From positions 25,270 to 89,269 of the forward strand of contig CAYXWM010000002.1 in the NCBI GenBank assembly GCA_964468805.1: a DNA stretch of 64,000 bases. Reading direction: 5' to 3'. Both the position numbers and the translations under genes were made by a program. Positions within the stretch are counted from its first letter, which is position 1, and each line of letters opens with the position of its first letter. Shown here one piece after another: positions 38,751 through 48,267 of the stretch. A model generated the notes under the pieces. The model saw only the letters and a list, made by a program, of their open reading frames with translations, searched no databases and was not told the DNA's origin. Source of the DNA: an uncultured Defluviitaleaceae bacterium (GTDB lineage Bacteria; Bacillota; Clostridia; Lachnospirales; WRBF01).

Positions 38751-39543
38751 TACAATACTTGCTACCGAAGATGAGAAGAATTATGTCCTTATAGTAAAAA
38801 AAGGAATAGGTTTTGGGCGTAAAACCGGTCAGTTAATTGATAATCTGGGTGAAGATAAAAAGATATTTTATATATTGGAAGAAAACCCGGATGAGTCCCG
38901 AATTAAACAAATAGGTATAGATTTCGAAAAAATTCATTCCATAACCAAAGAAATAGTAGAAATCTCACAAGAAAAGTTAAATATCACAAACGATAAACTT
39001 TTTGATGCATTGCTGGACCATATCAGTTTCGCCATACAACGTTTGAATTTGGGGCTTTCCATAGAAAATCCCTTTATTGACGAGATAGCCATATTATACG
39101 GGGCAGAGTTTGAAATAGCAAAATATGCTGCCGGTATAATTAAACAAAAACTAAAGATAAATATAGGCTATGACGAATGCGGTTTTATTGCTCTGCATTT
39201 GTACTCCGCAAGAAAACAACGCCCGGTTAACGCTACCCTTAAAGCTACAGAAACTTACAGCAAAATAATAGATTTAATATCCGCTTATTTCAACAAGAAA
39301 ATCGATAAAAACAGTACACCCTGTCGCAGTTTTTTGCTTTCATTAGCCGGATTGGTAGGTTATTCCGCCAAAAATATTACTTTCGAAATGAATATAATGA
39401 GTGATGTTCAAAAAAAGCTCAAGGCTTATCATAAGATTGCAACGGAAATCGGTGAAGTTTTAAATAAAGAGATGGGTATAACGTTAAGCAAGGAATATAC
39501 AGCATTTTTAGCTGTAGACATATATAAATTTATTCAAATGTAG
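38716..39543 (+). CDS. BglG/LicT/GlcT-family transcription antiterminator (CAT + 2 PRD)
   Basis: CAT domain MSYKIANIYNHNTILATEDEKNYVLIVKKGIGFGRKTG. PRD motifs LLDHISFAIQRL and ECGFIALHL. Overlaps the ptsI 3' end by 35 nt. Confidence 0.85.
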   Translation: MSYKIANIYNHNTILATEDEKNYVLIVKKGIGFGRKTGQLIDNLGEDKKIFYILEENPDESRIKQIGIDFEKIHSITKEIVEISQEKLNITNDKLFDALLDHISFAIQRLNLGLSIENPFIDEIAILYGAEFEIAKYAAGIIKQKLKINIGYDECGFIALHLYSARKQRPVNATLKATETYSKIIDLISAYFNKKIDKNSTPCRSFLLSLAGLVGYSAKNITFEMNIMSDVQKKLKAYHKIATEIGEVLNKEMGITLSKEYTAFLAVDIYKFIQM

Positions 39544-39635
39544 AAGTGTAAGGGTATGAACGTTTGCTACCTATACGGGTATACCGGTTAATAAAATTAA
39601 AATTACGTCATATATTAAAGAAATAAGAGATATAA

Positions 39636-39738
39636 TACTTTTTTTCATCTAAAACAGTGGACAAAAATATTTGTTTTTACCCGACGGTTCAAGGAAAAAC
39701 GATTATTTTTGTCAACCGTCTTATCTGGAATCAGTATA
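39636..39738 (-). repeat. Family B repeat, copy B6 (between the antiterminator and EIIA genes)
   Basis: ...AACAGTGGACAAAAATATTTGTTTTTACCCGACGGTTCAAGGAAAAACGATTATTTTTGTCAACC...CTGGAATCAGTATA. Confidence 0.85.
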
Positions 39739-39783
39739 AGGCTAAATTTTACGTAAGGCATTATATATCAATCCGGAGGAATT

Positions 39784-40254
39784 ATGTTTAATATGTTTAA
39801 AGGCAACAAACAATTATTGTCACCTATTACAGGCAATGTTATATCTTTGATTGAAGTTGAGGACCCGGTTTTCGGCCAAAAAATTTTGGGTGACGGTGTG
39901 GCATTGGTACCCAAAGAAAATAAGGTGTATGCACCATGCGACGGTACTATAGTACAAATTACACCCACAAAACACGCCTTATGCATTGAAAGCACCGAGG
40001 GCTTGGAACTTTTGATTCATATGGGTATTGATACCGTCAAACTTAATGGCGAAGGCTTTACCTTACATGTAAACGAAGGAGATAAAGTTCACGCCGGTCA
40101 GCTTATCAGTGAAATGGACACAGAATTTATAAAGTCCAAAGGCTATTCTACCAAAACGCCTTTCATTATAACCAATTTAGATACGGTAAAAAGCATAGAA
40201 TTACACTTGGGAGAAGCCGTACACAGTGAAACCGCTGTTATAAGCTATAAGTAA
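39784..40254 (+). CDS. PTS glucose-family EIIA component
   Basis: PVFGQKILGDGVA...LLIHMGIDTVKLNGEGF..HV (two-His active site). Confidence 0.9.
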   Translation: MFNMFKGNKQLLSPITGNVISLIEVEDPVFGQKILGDGVALVPKENKVYAPCDGTIVQITPTKHALCIESTEGLELLIHMGIDTVKLNGEGFTLHVNEGDKVHAGQLISEMDTEFIKSKGYSTKTPFIITNLDTVKSIELHLGEAVHSETAVISYK

Positions 40255-40422
40255 GTTTGAAGTCTACCGACATAAAAATTCATAGGCAACCCTGATGCTC
40301 ATTAGTTATTTACAGATTTCAAATGCCGACAAATTTACCTTGTTTCTTAATAGTCCCATTTGACTATTATTAAAATATAAACCGGAACTTGTAATCCAAT
40401 TTATCAAGGAGGAGGAATTTGT

Positions 40423-41859
40423 ATGTTAATGAAGTATCTGCAAAAGTTGGGTAAATCTTTGATGCTCCCTGTTGCCGCTTTACCCGCAGCCGGTATACTT
40501 ATTGGTATCGGTTACATGTTTGACCCCACCGGTTGGGGCGGAAACAACATTTTTGCCGCTTTTCTCATAACAGCGGGAAATGCAATTCTGGGTAACATGG
40601 CTATCCTATTTGCTGTTGGTGTTGCTTACGGTATGTCGGATGACAATGACGGTACTGCGGCTTTGGCCGGTTTGGTTTCATGGTTAATGGTTACTACACT
40701 GCTGTCATCGGCGGCTGTAGGAATGTTTACAGGTGCAGAAGCTCCTGCTGCCTTTGGCAAAATTGAAAATGCATTTATAGGTATTTTATGCGGTATCATT
40801 GGTGCAAGCTGCTACAACAAATACAAAAACACCAAGCTACCCGATGCATTGGCTTTCTTTAGCGGTAAGCGGTCTGTTGCCATTGTTACCGCTCTGGTAT
40901 CAATAGTTGTAGCGGCTATACTTTTCTTTATTTGGCCGTTTATCTATGCCGCTCTTGTTAGCTTTGGTATTGCAATACAAAAGACCGGTGCTGTAGGAGC
41001 CGGCTTATACGGATTCTTTAACCGTTTATTGATCCCGGTGGGTTTACATCATACTTTGAATTCGGTATTCTGGTTTGACGTTGCCGGTATAAACGACATA
41101 GGAAAGTTCTGGGGTTCTATGCCCGGAGGCGTTATTGGCGAAACAGGTCGCTACATGACCGGTTTCTTCCCTGTTATGATGTTTGGTTTGCCCGGTGCGG
41201 CATTGGCTATGTATCATACAGCTAAAAGCAACAAAAAGAAAATAGCCGCCAGCTTACTTCTTGCAGCCGCTCTTTGCTCCTTTATGACCGGTGTAACGGA
41301 ACCCATGGAATTTGCTTTCATGTTCCTTGCCCCGTTCCTATACTTAATACATGCTGTATTAACAGGTATTTCTGTACTTATCTTAGCTTTATTGCCCATA
41401 AGAGCCGGTTTTAATTTCAGCGGCGGTATGATTGACTTTGTTTTAAGTCTTAATGCACCGTTTGCATTAAACTCTTGGTTGCTGATTCCTATAGGTTTAG
41501 CTTTCTTTGTAATTTACTATTTCATATTCAGATTTTTCATCGTGAAATTAAACCTTAAAACTCCCGGCCGTGAAGATGACGAAGTTGATGATGTGAAATC
41601 AACGTTTGCCAACGATGATTTTACAAACGTAGCAAAAGTTATCATAGAAGGCTTGGGCGGTGCCTCTAATATTGCGGTTCTTGATAATTGTATTACTCGT
41701 TTGCGTTTGGAAGTTAAGGACTATACCGCAGTAAATGAAAAGAAAATCAAATCAGCCGGTGTAGCCGGGGTTATAAGACCAAACAAAACAAGCGTACAGG
41801 TAATAGTGGGAACGCAAGTTCAACACGTTGCTGAGGCAATGAAAAAATTAATGGATTAG
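40423..41859 (+). CDS. PTS glucose/N-acetylglucosamine-family EIICB component
   Basis: N-terminus MKYLQKLGKSLMLPVAALPAAGILIGIG and a C-terminal EIIB domain with NCITRLRLEV. Adjacent to nagB and nagA. Confidence 0.9.
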   Translation: MLMKYLQKLGKSLMLPVAALPAAGILIGIGYMFDPTGWGGNNIFAAFLITAGNAILGNMAILFAVGVAYGMSDDNDGTAALAGLVSWLMVTTLLSSAAVGMFTGAEAPAAFGKIENAFIGILCGIIGASCYNKYKNTKLPDALAFFSGKRSVAIVTALVSIVVAAILFFIWPFIYAALVSFGIAIQKTGAVGAGLYGFFNRLLIPVGLHHTLNSVFWFDVAGINDIGKFWGSMPGGVIGETGRYMTGFFPVMMFGLPGAALAMYHTAKSNKKKIAASLLLAAALCSFMTGVTEPMEFAFMFLAPFLYLIHAVLTGISVLILALLPIRAGFNFSGGMIDFVLSLNAPFALNSWLLIPIGLAFFVIYYFIFRFFIVKLNLKTPGREDDEVDDVKSTFANDDFTNVAKVIIEGLGGASNIAVLDNCITRLRLEVKDYTAVNEKKIKSAGVAGVIRPNKTSVQVIVGTQVQHVAEAMKKLMD

Positions 41860-41908
41860 TATAAAAGAGAAATCCCCTGCATTGCGGTGGGTAAGATACA
41901 CCTAAAAC

Positions 41909-41940
41909 GACCACCACCATAAGTGGTGGTCATTTTTGTT
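41909..41940 (+). terminator. Rho-independent terminator after the PTS EIICB gene
   Basis: GACCACCAC cataa GTGGTGGTC followed by ATTTTTG. Confidence 0.75.
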
Positions 41941-41974
41941 AAAATATAATACTAAAAATATTCGGAGGAACATT

Positions 41975-42703
41975 ATGAAAATTTACAAAGCAAAAGATTA
42001 TGCTGATATGAGCAGAAAAGCAGCCAACATTATTTCCGCACAAGTAATTATGAAACCCAACAGCGTTTTGGGACTGGCTACCGGTTCCACACCCGAAGGG
42101 GTTTATAAACAATTGGTAGAATGGTACAATAAAGGAGATATTGATTTTTCTGAAGTTAAGAGTGTAAATCTTGATGAATACAAAGGACTCAGCCAAGATA
42201 ACGAACAAAGCTATTATTATTATATGAACGACCACTTCTTTAAACATATTAACATAAATAAAGAATTTACCTATTTGCCCTATGGTTTGGCGGATAATTC
42301 CGAAGAAGAATGCGAAAGATATAATAATATTATCAGGTCTTTGGGAGGCGTGGATTTACAATTATTGGGCATAGGGCATAACGGTCATATAGGTTTTAAC
42401 GAACCCGGAGAGGCTTTTGAAAAAGAAACCCATTGCGTAGCCTTAACCCAAAGCACTATAGAATCCAATGCAAGATTCTTCGGAAGTGAAGAAAACGTAC
42501 CTAAATTTGCTTATTCTATGGGAATTAAAACTATAATGCAAGCCAAGAAAATTTTACTGGTAGCTGAAGGTCCGTCCAAAGCCGATGCTGTTTATAAAGC
42601 ACTTTTCGGTCCTATTACTCCTCTTGTTCCGGCTTCTATTTTGCAATTGCATAATGATGTTACTATAGTCGCCGATGTTGCGGCGCTTTCCAAAGTAATG
42701 TGA
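41975..42703 (+). CDS. nagB: Glucosamine-6-phosphate deaminase
   Basis: VLGLATGSTP, NLDEY and LGIGHNGHIGFNEPG motifs. ATG 41975 after ggagga. Confidence 0.9.
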   Translation: MKIYKAKDYADMSRKAANIISAQVIMKPNSVLGLATGSTPEGVYKQLVEWYNKGDIDFSEVKSVNLDEYKGLSQDNEQSYYYYMNDHFFKHININKEFTYLPYGLADNSEEECERYNNIIRSLGGVDLQLLGIGHNGHIGFNEPGEAFEKETHCVALTQSTIESNARFFGSEENVPKFAYSMGIKTIMQAKKILLVAEGPSKADAVYKALFGPITPLVPASILQLHNDVTIVADVAALSKVM

Positions 42704-42711
42704 GTTTTATA

Positions 42712-42746
42712 TATACTGATTCCAAATAAGATTAAGGATGGAAAAA
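42712..42746 (+). repeat. Family B repeat, truncated left end only (B9)
   Basis: TATACTGATTCCAAATAAGATTAAGGATGGAAAAA matches the first ~35 nt of B1-B3. It supplies the RBS region of nagA. Confidence 0.55.
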
Positions 42747-42748
42747 GC

Positions 42749-43864
42749 TTGATTATTAAAAATGCACAGGTTTATGGGGAAGATTTTAAATTTTCACAAA
42801 AAGATTTGTTTATTGAAGGCGAACATATTGCCGAGTCTTGCGGTGATAAGGAAAGTATAGATGCCAAAGGGCTTTATGCTATTCCCGGACTTATTGATAT
42901 TCATATTCACGGTTGCTACGGTCATGACTTTTGCGAAGGTACACCGGAAGCTATAGATACCATGACCGATTATTTAAGCAAACAGGGTATCACAGCCTTT
43001 ACGGGTACTACAATGTCGCTTTCAGAAGCCGACCTTTCCAAAGTTTTCGGAAACGCCGGTAAGTATAAAAATGATAAAGGTGCTATGTTAGTCGGTATAA
43101 ATATGGAGGGCCCTTTCTTGGCACCGTCCAAAAAAGGGGCACAAAACGGGGAATTTATAATTAAACCCAATTTTGAGATGTTTAACAGGCTTAATGATTT
43201 GTCCGGCGGAATTACCAAATTGGTAACAATTGCTCCGGAATTGGATTCAGCCATGGAGTTTATCGACGGCGTAAAGGACAAGGTAACGGTTTCCTTGGGT
43301 CATACTTCTGCGGATTATGAGGTTGCAAAAAAAGCAATTCAAAACGGAGCCGGTCTGTTAACCCATATGTTTAACGGAATGCCTCCTTTTTCTCACAGAG
43401 AACCGGGCGTAATCGGAGCGGCTTTTGACAGTGAAAATTGTATGGTTGAATTAATTACCGACGGAATTCATATTTCACCACCTGTTGTAAGAGCGGCGTT
43501 TAAAATGTTCGGTGATGAGAGAATTGTTTTGGTCAGCGATAATATGATGGCTACCGGTATGCCCAACGGTACTTATGAATTGGGTGGTCAAGCAGTTAAT
43601 GTTAACGGTAAATTGGCTACTCTCGAAGGCGGAACCATTGCCGGATCAGCAACAAATTTAATGGATTGTGTCAGAACTGCCGTAAGTTTTAATATTCCAT
43701 TGGAATCTGCCATCAGATGTGCAACGGCAAATCCGGCAAAGGTACTGAAAATTTCCGATGAAATGGGCAGTTTATCGACCGGAAAATACGCCAATATCGT
43801 TTTGTTGGACAAGGACTTAAACGTAGTACAAGTTATAATTAAAGGAAAAAAGGTTTTAGCATAA
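42749..43864 (+). CDS. nagA: N-acetylglucosamine-6-phosphate deacetylase
   Basis: IPGLIDIHIHGCYGHDF, HTSADY and THMFNGM motifs. TTG start whose RBS (aaggatgg) lies inside a truncated family-B repeat. Confidence 0.85.
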   Translation: MIIKNAQVYGEDFKFSQKDLFIEGEHIAESCGDKESIDAKGLYAIPGLIDIHIHGCYGHDFCEGTPEAIDTMTDYLSKQGITAFTGTTMSLSEADLSKVFGNAGKYKNDKGAMLVGINMEGPFLAPSKKGAQNGEFIIKPNFEMFNRLNDLSGGITKLVTIAPELDSAMEFIDGVKDKVTVSLGHTSADYEVAKKAIQNGAGLLTHMFNGMPPFSHREPGVIGAAFDSENCMVELITDGIHISPPVVRAAFKMFGDERIVLVSDNMMATGMPNGTYELGGQAVNVNGKLATLEGGTIAGSATNLMDCVRTAVSFNIPLESAIRCATANPAKVLKISDEMGSLSTGKYANIVLLDKDLNVVQVIIKGKKVLA

Positions 43865-44016
43865 CAATATCAATTCAAAGGTATGGTTAAGTAAACTTTA
43901 ATACGGAAGATAAAGTATAGCGGTTTAATTTTTAATAACCGGCTATAACCGGGGTGTACCTGAAAGCAATCGTAAGTAAGTGTTTTCGGGTACACTCTTT
44001 CTTACATAAAGGATGG

Positions 44017-44580
44017 ATGATTGTGAAAAATTTTAATAGACAAGACCTTATGTTTTCCCTATGCGGATTGAACTGTGGTCTATGTACGATGAAATCAGAC
44101 AATTATTGCCCGGGTTGCGGCGGCGGTGCCGGTAATCAAGGATGTCCCATAGCAAGATGCAGTTTACAAAAGGGAGGTATAGAGTATTGTTATGAATGCG
44201 GCGAATATCCCTGCGAGAAATATAAGGGCATAGATAAATTTGATTCTTTTGTTACTCACCGCCACCAATTTAAAGACATGGTTAAATTCCGGGAAATAGG
44301 CAAAGAGGCATACCATTCCGAACTAAAGGAAAAAATAGAAATTCTGAAATACCTGCTTGCTGAATTTAACGACGGACGCCACAAAAGCTTTTTTTCCATA
44401 GCCGTATACTTAATTGACTTGCAGGATATTAAAAATATTACGGAACAAATTCAAGTAAAAACATCCTCCGATAACTTTACCCTTAAAGAAAAGGCATCTA
44501 TAGCAGCAGAACTTTTTAGATCCTTTGCGGAACAAAGAAATCTTACTTTAAAGCTAAAAAAGAAAACTTCAAGGAAGTAA
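44017..44580 (+). CDS. Cys-rich DUF3795-like protein
   Basis: CGLNCGLC...YCPGCGGG...GCPIARC...YCYECGEYPC pattern. Start is ATG 44017 or GTG 44023. Confidence 0.5.
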   Translation: MIVKNFNRQDLMFSLCGLNCGLCTMKSDNYCPGCGGGAGNQGCPIARCSLQKGGIEYCYECGEYPCEKYKGIDKFDSFVTHRHQFKDMVKFREIGKEAYHSELKEKIEILKYLLAEFNDGRHKSFFSIAVYLIDLQDIKNITEQIQVKTSSDNFTLKEKASIAAELFRSFAEQRNLTLKLKKKTSRK

Positions 44581-44592
44581 AGAATAATGAAC

Positions 44593-44625
44593 AGCCGCCA
44601 AGAATTTTCCCGGCGGCTATTCCTC
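44593..44625. terminator. Hairpin between convergent genes
   Basis: AGCCGCC ... GGCGGCT stem. Confidence 0.4.
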
Positions 44626-44639
44626 TGTGCTGTTTCGTT

Positions 44640-45170
44640 TTATCTGTGTTCGTAAATTAAATCAACCATTCCGTTGTAGCTACCCGTAGATACCAGCTTT
44701 AGCTTAATTTCTTTCGCCCGGCTGTCAAACAAGGATACTCCATCGCCTAAAATTGTGGGAATAACCGTAATGTGGTATCTGTCGATTATATCATTATGAA
44801 TAAGTTCATTTACAACGGTAGCTCCTCCGCAAATCCATATATCTTTTCCGTTTTCCTTTTTCAATTCATTAATTAACTCAACCGGGTCTTTGTGGGTGAA
44901 TATGATTTCGTCGGTTGATTCCATACTGTTATGAGTAATTACATAACTTTTTTTACCTTCATAAATCCATTTACCCGGGGATAATTCCGTTACAATTTGA
45001 TGAAAGGTATTATAGCCCAAAATTACCGTATCAATGGTTTCGAAAAACTCGAGATAGCTTCCTTTGTTTTCGCTGTCGCTTCCGTCTCCCGTTAACCAAG
45101 CAACACCTCCGTCTTTGTCTGCAATATATCCGTCTAAACTCATTGCGATGTATAGAATAATTTTTCTCAT
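44640..45170 (-). CDS. Dihydrofolate-reductase-like protein (RibD C-terminal domain family)
   Basis: MRKIILYIAMSLDGYIADKDGGVAWL...GGATVVNEL. Confidence 0.75.
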   Translation of the reverse strand: MRKIILYIAMSLDGYIADKDGGVAWLTGDGSDSENKGSYLEFFETIDTVILGYNTFHQIVTELSPGKWIYEGKKSYVITHNSMESTDEIIFTHKDPVELINELKKENGKDIWICGGATVVNELIHNDIIDRYHITVIPTILGDGVSLFDSRAKEIKLKLVSTGSYNGMVDLIYEHR

Positions 45171-45271
45171 GTGTATATACCTCCGTAAATTTTTATTCTG
45201 TTACATTCAGTATCTTCTATATTTATATATTTTATAATAGATTATTTCACATAATGCAATCCGAAAACAAT

Positions 45272-45300
45272 ACAAAAAAGGATAGCCATAAGACTATCCT
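45272..45300 (-). terminator. Terminator after the aldolase gene (end of the minus-strand operon)
   Basis: The minus strand reads AGGATAG tcttatgg CTATCCT followed by TTTTTG. Confidence 0.6.
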
Positions 45301-45320
45301 TCTAAGTGAGAACCTAATAT

Positions 45321-46178
45321 TTAATTACCTGCTTTGCCTTCGCAACCGCAAGTCTTTATTTTTTCCATAACCAACGCCTTAACATATTTCTTACCCACAG
45401 TTCCGTATTTTTTGGGGTCGATGGTATCGGGATTGTTGTTTAATACTTCCTTTACGCCGTCACTGTAAGCGATACGCAACTCTGTTGCAAAATTAACCTT
45501 GCAAATTCCTCGGCTGATTGCTTCTTTGACCACGCTGTCCGCCAAACCCGATGCACCATGCAAAACCAAGGGTTGAGAAACCACTTGACGAATTTGTGAA
45601 AGTCTTTCCTGATCGATTTTAGGCTCGCCGGAATAAAGACCATGAGCCGTTCCTATTGCTATAGCCAAAGAATCGGCTCCTGTACGTTCCATAAATTCTT
45701 TAGCCTGACCGGGATCGGTATTACCGTCTCCTTCGCCGCCGTCCAAATCGTCTTCCTTGCCACCTACTTTTCCCAGTTCCGCTTCCACAGGAATACCGGA
45801 GGGTTTACAGGCATCTACCACCGCTTTTGTAACGGCAATATTATCTTCAAAGCTTTCGTGGGATCCGTCTATCATAATAGAGGTATAACCTGTACGAAAA
45901 GCTTGCATGGCAAGAGCAAAATCCGTGCCGTGATCCAGATGAACGGCTACAGGAACCTTAGACCTTTCTGCTGCGGTCTTTACGTTTGCCAAATAATAAT
46001 CCAAACCGGCATATTTGACTGTAGAAGGCGTTGTCTGCATAATAACCGGTGCATTTAATTCCTCTGCAGCTTCAATTACAGCCATAACCATTTCCATATT
46101 TTCTACGTTAAATGCCCCAACGGCATATTGACCTTTTTGGGCATCCAGTAACATTTTCATAGGTGTAACTAACGGCAT
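45321..46178 (-). CDS. Class II ketose-bisphosphate aldolase (tagatose/fructose-1,6-bisphosphate aldolase family)
   Basis: YAVGAFNVENMEMV...PVAVHLDHG...IMIDGS...LVLHGASG. Confidence 0.85.
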   Translation of the reverse strand: MPLVTPMKMLLDAQKGQYAVGAFNVENMEMVMAVIEAAEELNAPVIMQTTPSTVKYAGLDYYLANVKTAAERSKVPVAVHLDHGTDFALAMQAFRTGYTSIMIDGSHESFEDNIAVTKAVVDACKPSGIPVEAELGKVGGKEDDLDGGEGDGNTDPGQAKEFMERTGADSLAIAIGTAHGLYSGEPKIDQERLSQIRQVVSQPLVLHGASGLADSVVKEAISRGICKVNFATELRIAYSDGVKEVLNNNPDTIDPKKYGTVGKKYVKALVMEKIKTCGCEGKAGN

Positions 46179-46256
46179 ATAATTTTCCTCTCTGTTTGAG
46201 TAAACGCTGAATGGCTTAAAATGTTTGAAATACGTTGGTATGATGTCGAGTCAGCG

Positions 46257-47198
46257 TTAGCTTAAAGTTGTCAATTCTTTTACTGTTACGGTGGGGTATA
46301 TTTTTTCAAAATCTTCCGGATTAAAGTAACCGGTTTGATCGTTCATGGCGGAAGCCGCCGAAACAGCTACAGCAAATTTCACGCTTTCCTTGGGTTCATA
46401 TCCACGTTGAAAGGCTACCGCAAATGCAGCTACCATGGAATCACCGCAACCAACGGTGTTAACGGCTTTGATTTCGGAGGGTATGCCATGGAATATGCCT
46501 TGTTTGCATACCAACAGAGCACCCTCTTTGCCCAAGGATATAACAACGTTTTCGATTCCGCTTTTATGTAATTCCAACGCCGCTTCCGCTACTTCTTTCA
46601 TGCCTGTTAATTGCTTTCCCAGTAACATACCCAGTTCTTCTTGATTGGGCTTTATCATATGGGGAGCGGCTTTTATTCCTTCTTTTAACAGTTCACCACT
46701 TGCATCCAGAATTACCTTTTTACCCATACGCTTTAATTCTTCTGTCAGTTCTCTGTAAATACCGGTCTTTACTCCTCGGGGAACGCTGCCTGACATGGTA
46801 ACTACCTGTGCATCCATGCATACTTCTATGAATTCCTTTTTGAAAACCTCAATTTCCTCTTGGGTTACTTCTTCTCCGGGTTCCAAAAATTCGGTAGATT
46901 GGCGGTTTTCGTCAAGAATATTTATACAGCTTCTGGTTTCCGCATTAACATGGACAAATTTTCCCGTTAGGCCGTCCTTTTGAGCCAGTTGTTCCAACAA
47001 CGCCCCTGTATTTCCTCCAACCAGCCCGAAAGGTATTACTTTCTCACCACAACATTTTGCTACCCTAGCTACGTTAAAGCCTTTTCCTCCGGCTGTGTTG
47101 TTACAGGAGAGAACCCGCATAACCGTTCCCGGTTCAAGGGTTCCGGAAATTCGGTAAGCCTTGTCGATTGCAGCATTTAAAGTAAGCGTAACAATCAT
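46257..47198 (-). CDS. PfkB-family sugar-phosphate kinase (1-phosphofructokinase / tagatose-6-phosphate kinase type)
   Basis: MIVTLTLNAAIDK...AGGKGFNVARV...VGCGDSMVAAF. Confidence 0.85.
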   Translation of the reverse strand: MIVTLTLNAAIDKAYRISGTLEPGTVMRVLSCNNTAGGKGFNVARVAKCCGEKVIPFGLVGGNTGALLEQLAQKDGLTGKFVHVNAETRSCINILDENRQSTEFLEPGEEVTQEEIEVFKKEFIEVCMDAQVVTMSGSVPRGVKTGIYRELTEELKRMGKKVILDASGELLKEGIKAAPHMIKPNQEELGMLLGKQLTGMKEVAEAALELHKSGIENVVISLGKEGALLVCKQGIFHGIPSEIKAVNTVGCGDSMVAAFAVAFQRGYEPKESVKFAVAVSAASAMNDQTGYFNPEDFEKIYPTVTVKELTTLS

Positions 47199-47216
47199 TT
47201 TCCTGCCTCCCGAAGA

Positions 47217-48266
47217 TTAATCGTTATTTACCAGCAATATTTTGCCCTGTACAAGTCCCGGGGTCTTATACATATCAAACGCTTCTTGTGCTTGGCTCAT
47301 GGGCATCTTTTTAAATACGAATGACGGGTCGAATTTTAATTGACCGGTTGCAAAGTAATGAGCAGTAAGTTCCCATTCTTTTCCGGGAAACGGTGCGCTG
47401 TAAGACATCCAAGAACCGGTAAGTTTGAATTCCTTGCGGTTCATGTTTTCCCACATTTCAGGGGTAAATGTGAGATTGGTGTGAGGTGTTCCGATAAAGC
47501 AAACATTAGACTTATTTCCCGCTACTTCAAAGGACATAAGCATGGTTGCGGTTTGCCCTGCGGTTTCGAAAACATAGCCGAAACCTTTTCCGACGGTTAC
47601 AGCCTTTACCTTTTCCAAATAATTATCTTCCGTTGTATTGATTACTTCATCGGCACCAAGACGCAAAGCCATTTTCAAGCGTTCTTCACTTATATCAAAC
47701 ACCACAACTTTTTTGCTTCCGAATATCTTTGCCCACTGCATGGTAAACATGCCTATGGTTCCGCCGCCGAGAACGGCTACGTATTCACCGCCCTTGTAGT
47801 CGTTGCAAAATAATCCGTGAAGGGCAACGGTTGACGGCTCAAACATGGCACCCTGCTCGTAAGGAATACTCTTATCAAAGACAACCGCATTAACTGCCGG
47901 AATTACTACATAATCAGCATTACTGCCCTGTTGTCTGGAGCCGATAAATGAATATTTCTTGCATAAAGAGTAATTGCCTTTTTGACAATCGTCGCATTCC
48001 ATACAGGGAATCAAGGGGGCACCGGATACTCTGTCTCCCACTTTTACGTGTTCAACCTCTGCACCAACTTCTACCACGTCTCCCGAAAATTCATGTCCCA
48101 ACACTATAGGATAAGAATGTGCCCCGTTATATAATGCTCTGGGCAAATCGGAACCGCAGATACCCGAAGCTCTCACCCGTACCTTTACCGATTTTGCATC
48201 TACTTTCGGTTCTTCTATTTCCAGATATTCCACAACTTCGTTTTTTACTACCACTGCCGCTTTCAA
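47217..48266 (-). CDS. Zinc-dependent MDR alcohol/polyol(-phosphate) dehydrogenase (GatD/sorbitol dehydrogenase-like)
   Basis: GICGSDL, GHEFSG, structural zinc CMECDDCQKGNYSLC, and GGGTIG Rossmann motif. Confidence 0.85.
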   Translation of the reverse strand: MKAAVVVKNEVVEYLEIEEPKVDAKSVKVRVRASGICGSDLPRALYNGAHSYPIVLGHEFSGDVVEVGAEVEHVKVGDRVSGAPLIPCMECDDCQKGNYSLCKKYSFIGSRQQGSNADYVVIPAVNAVVFDKSIPYEQGAMFEPSTVALHGLFCNDYKGGEYVAVLGGGTIGMFTMQWAKIFGSKKVVVFDISEERLKMALRLGADEVINTTEDNYLEKVKAVTVGKGFGYVFETAGQTATMLMSFEVAGNKSNVCFIGTPHTNLTFTPEMWENMNRKEFKLTGSWMSYSAPFPGKEWELTAHYFATGQLKFDPSFVFKKMPMSQAQEAFDMYKTPGLVQGKILLVNND

Positions 48267-48267
48267 A

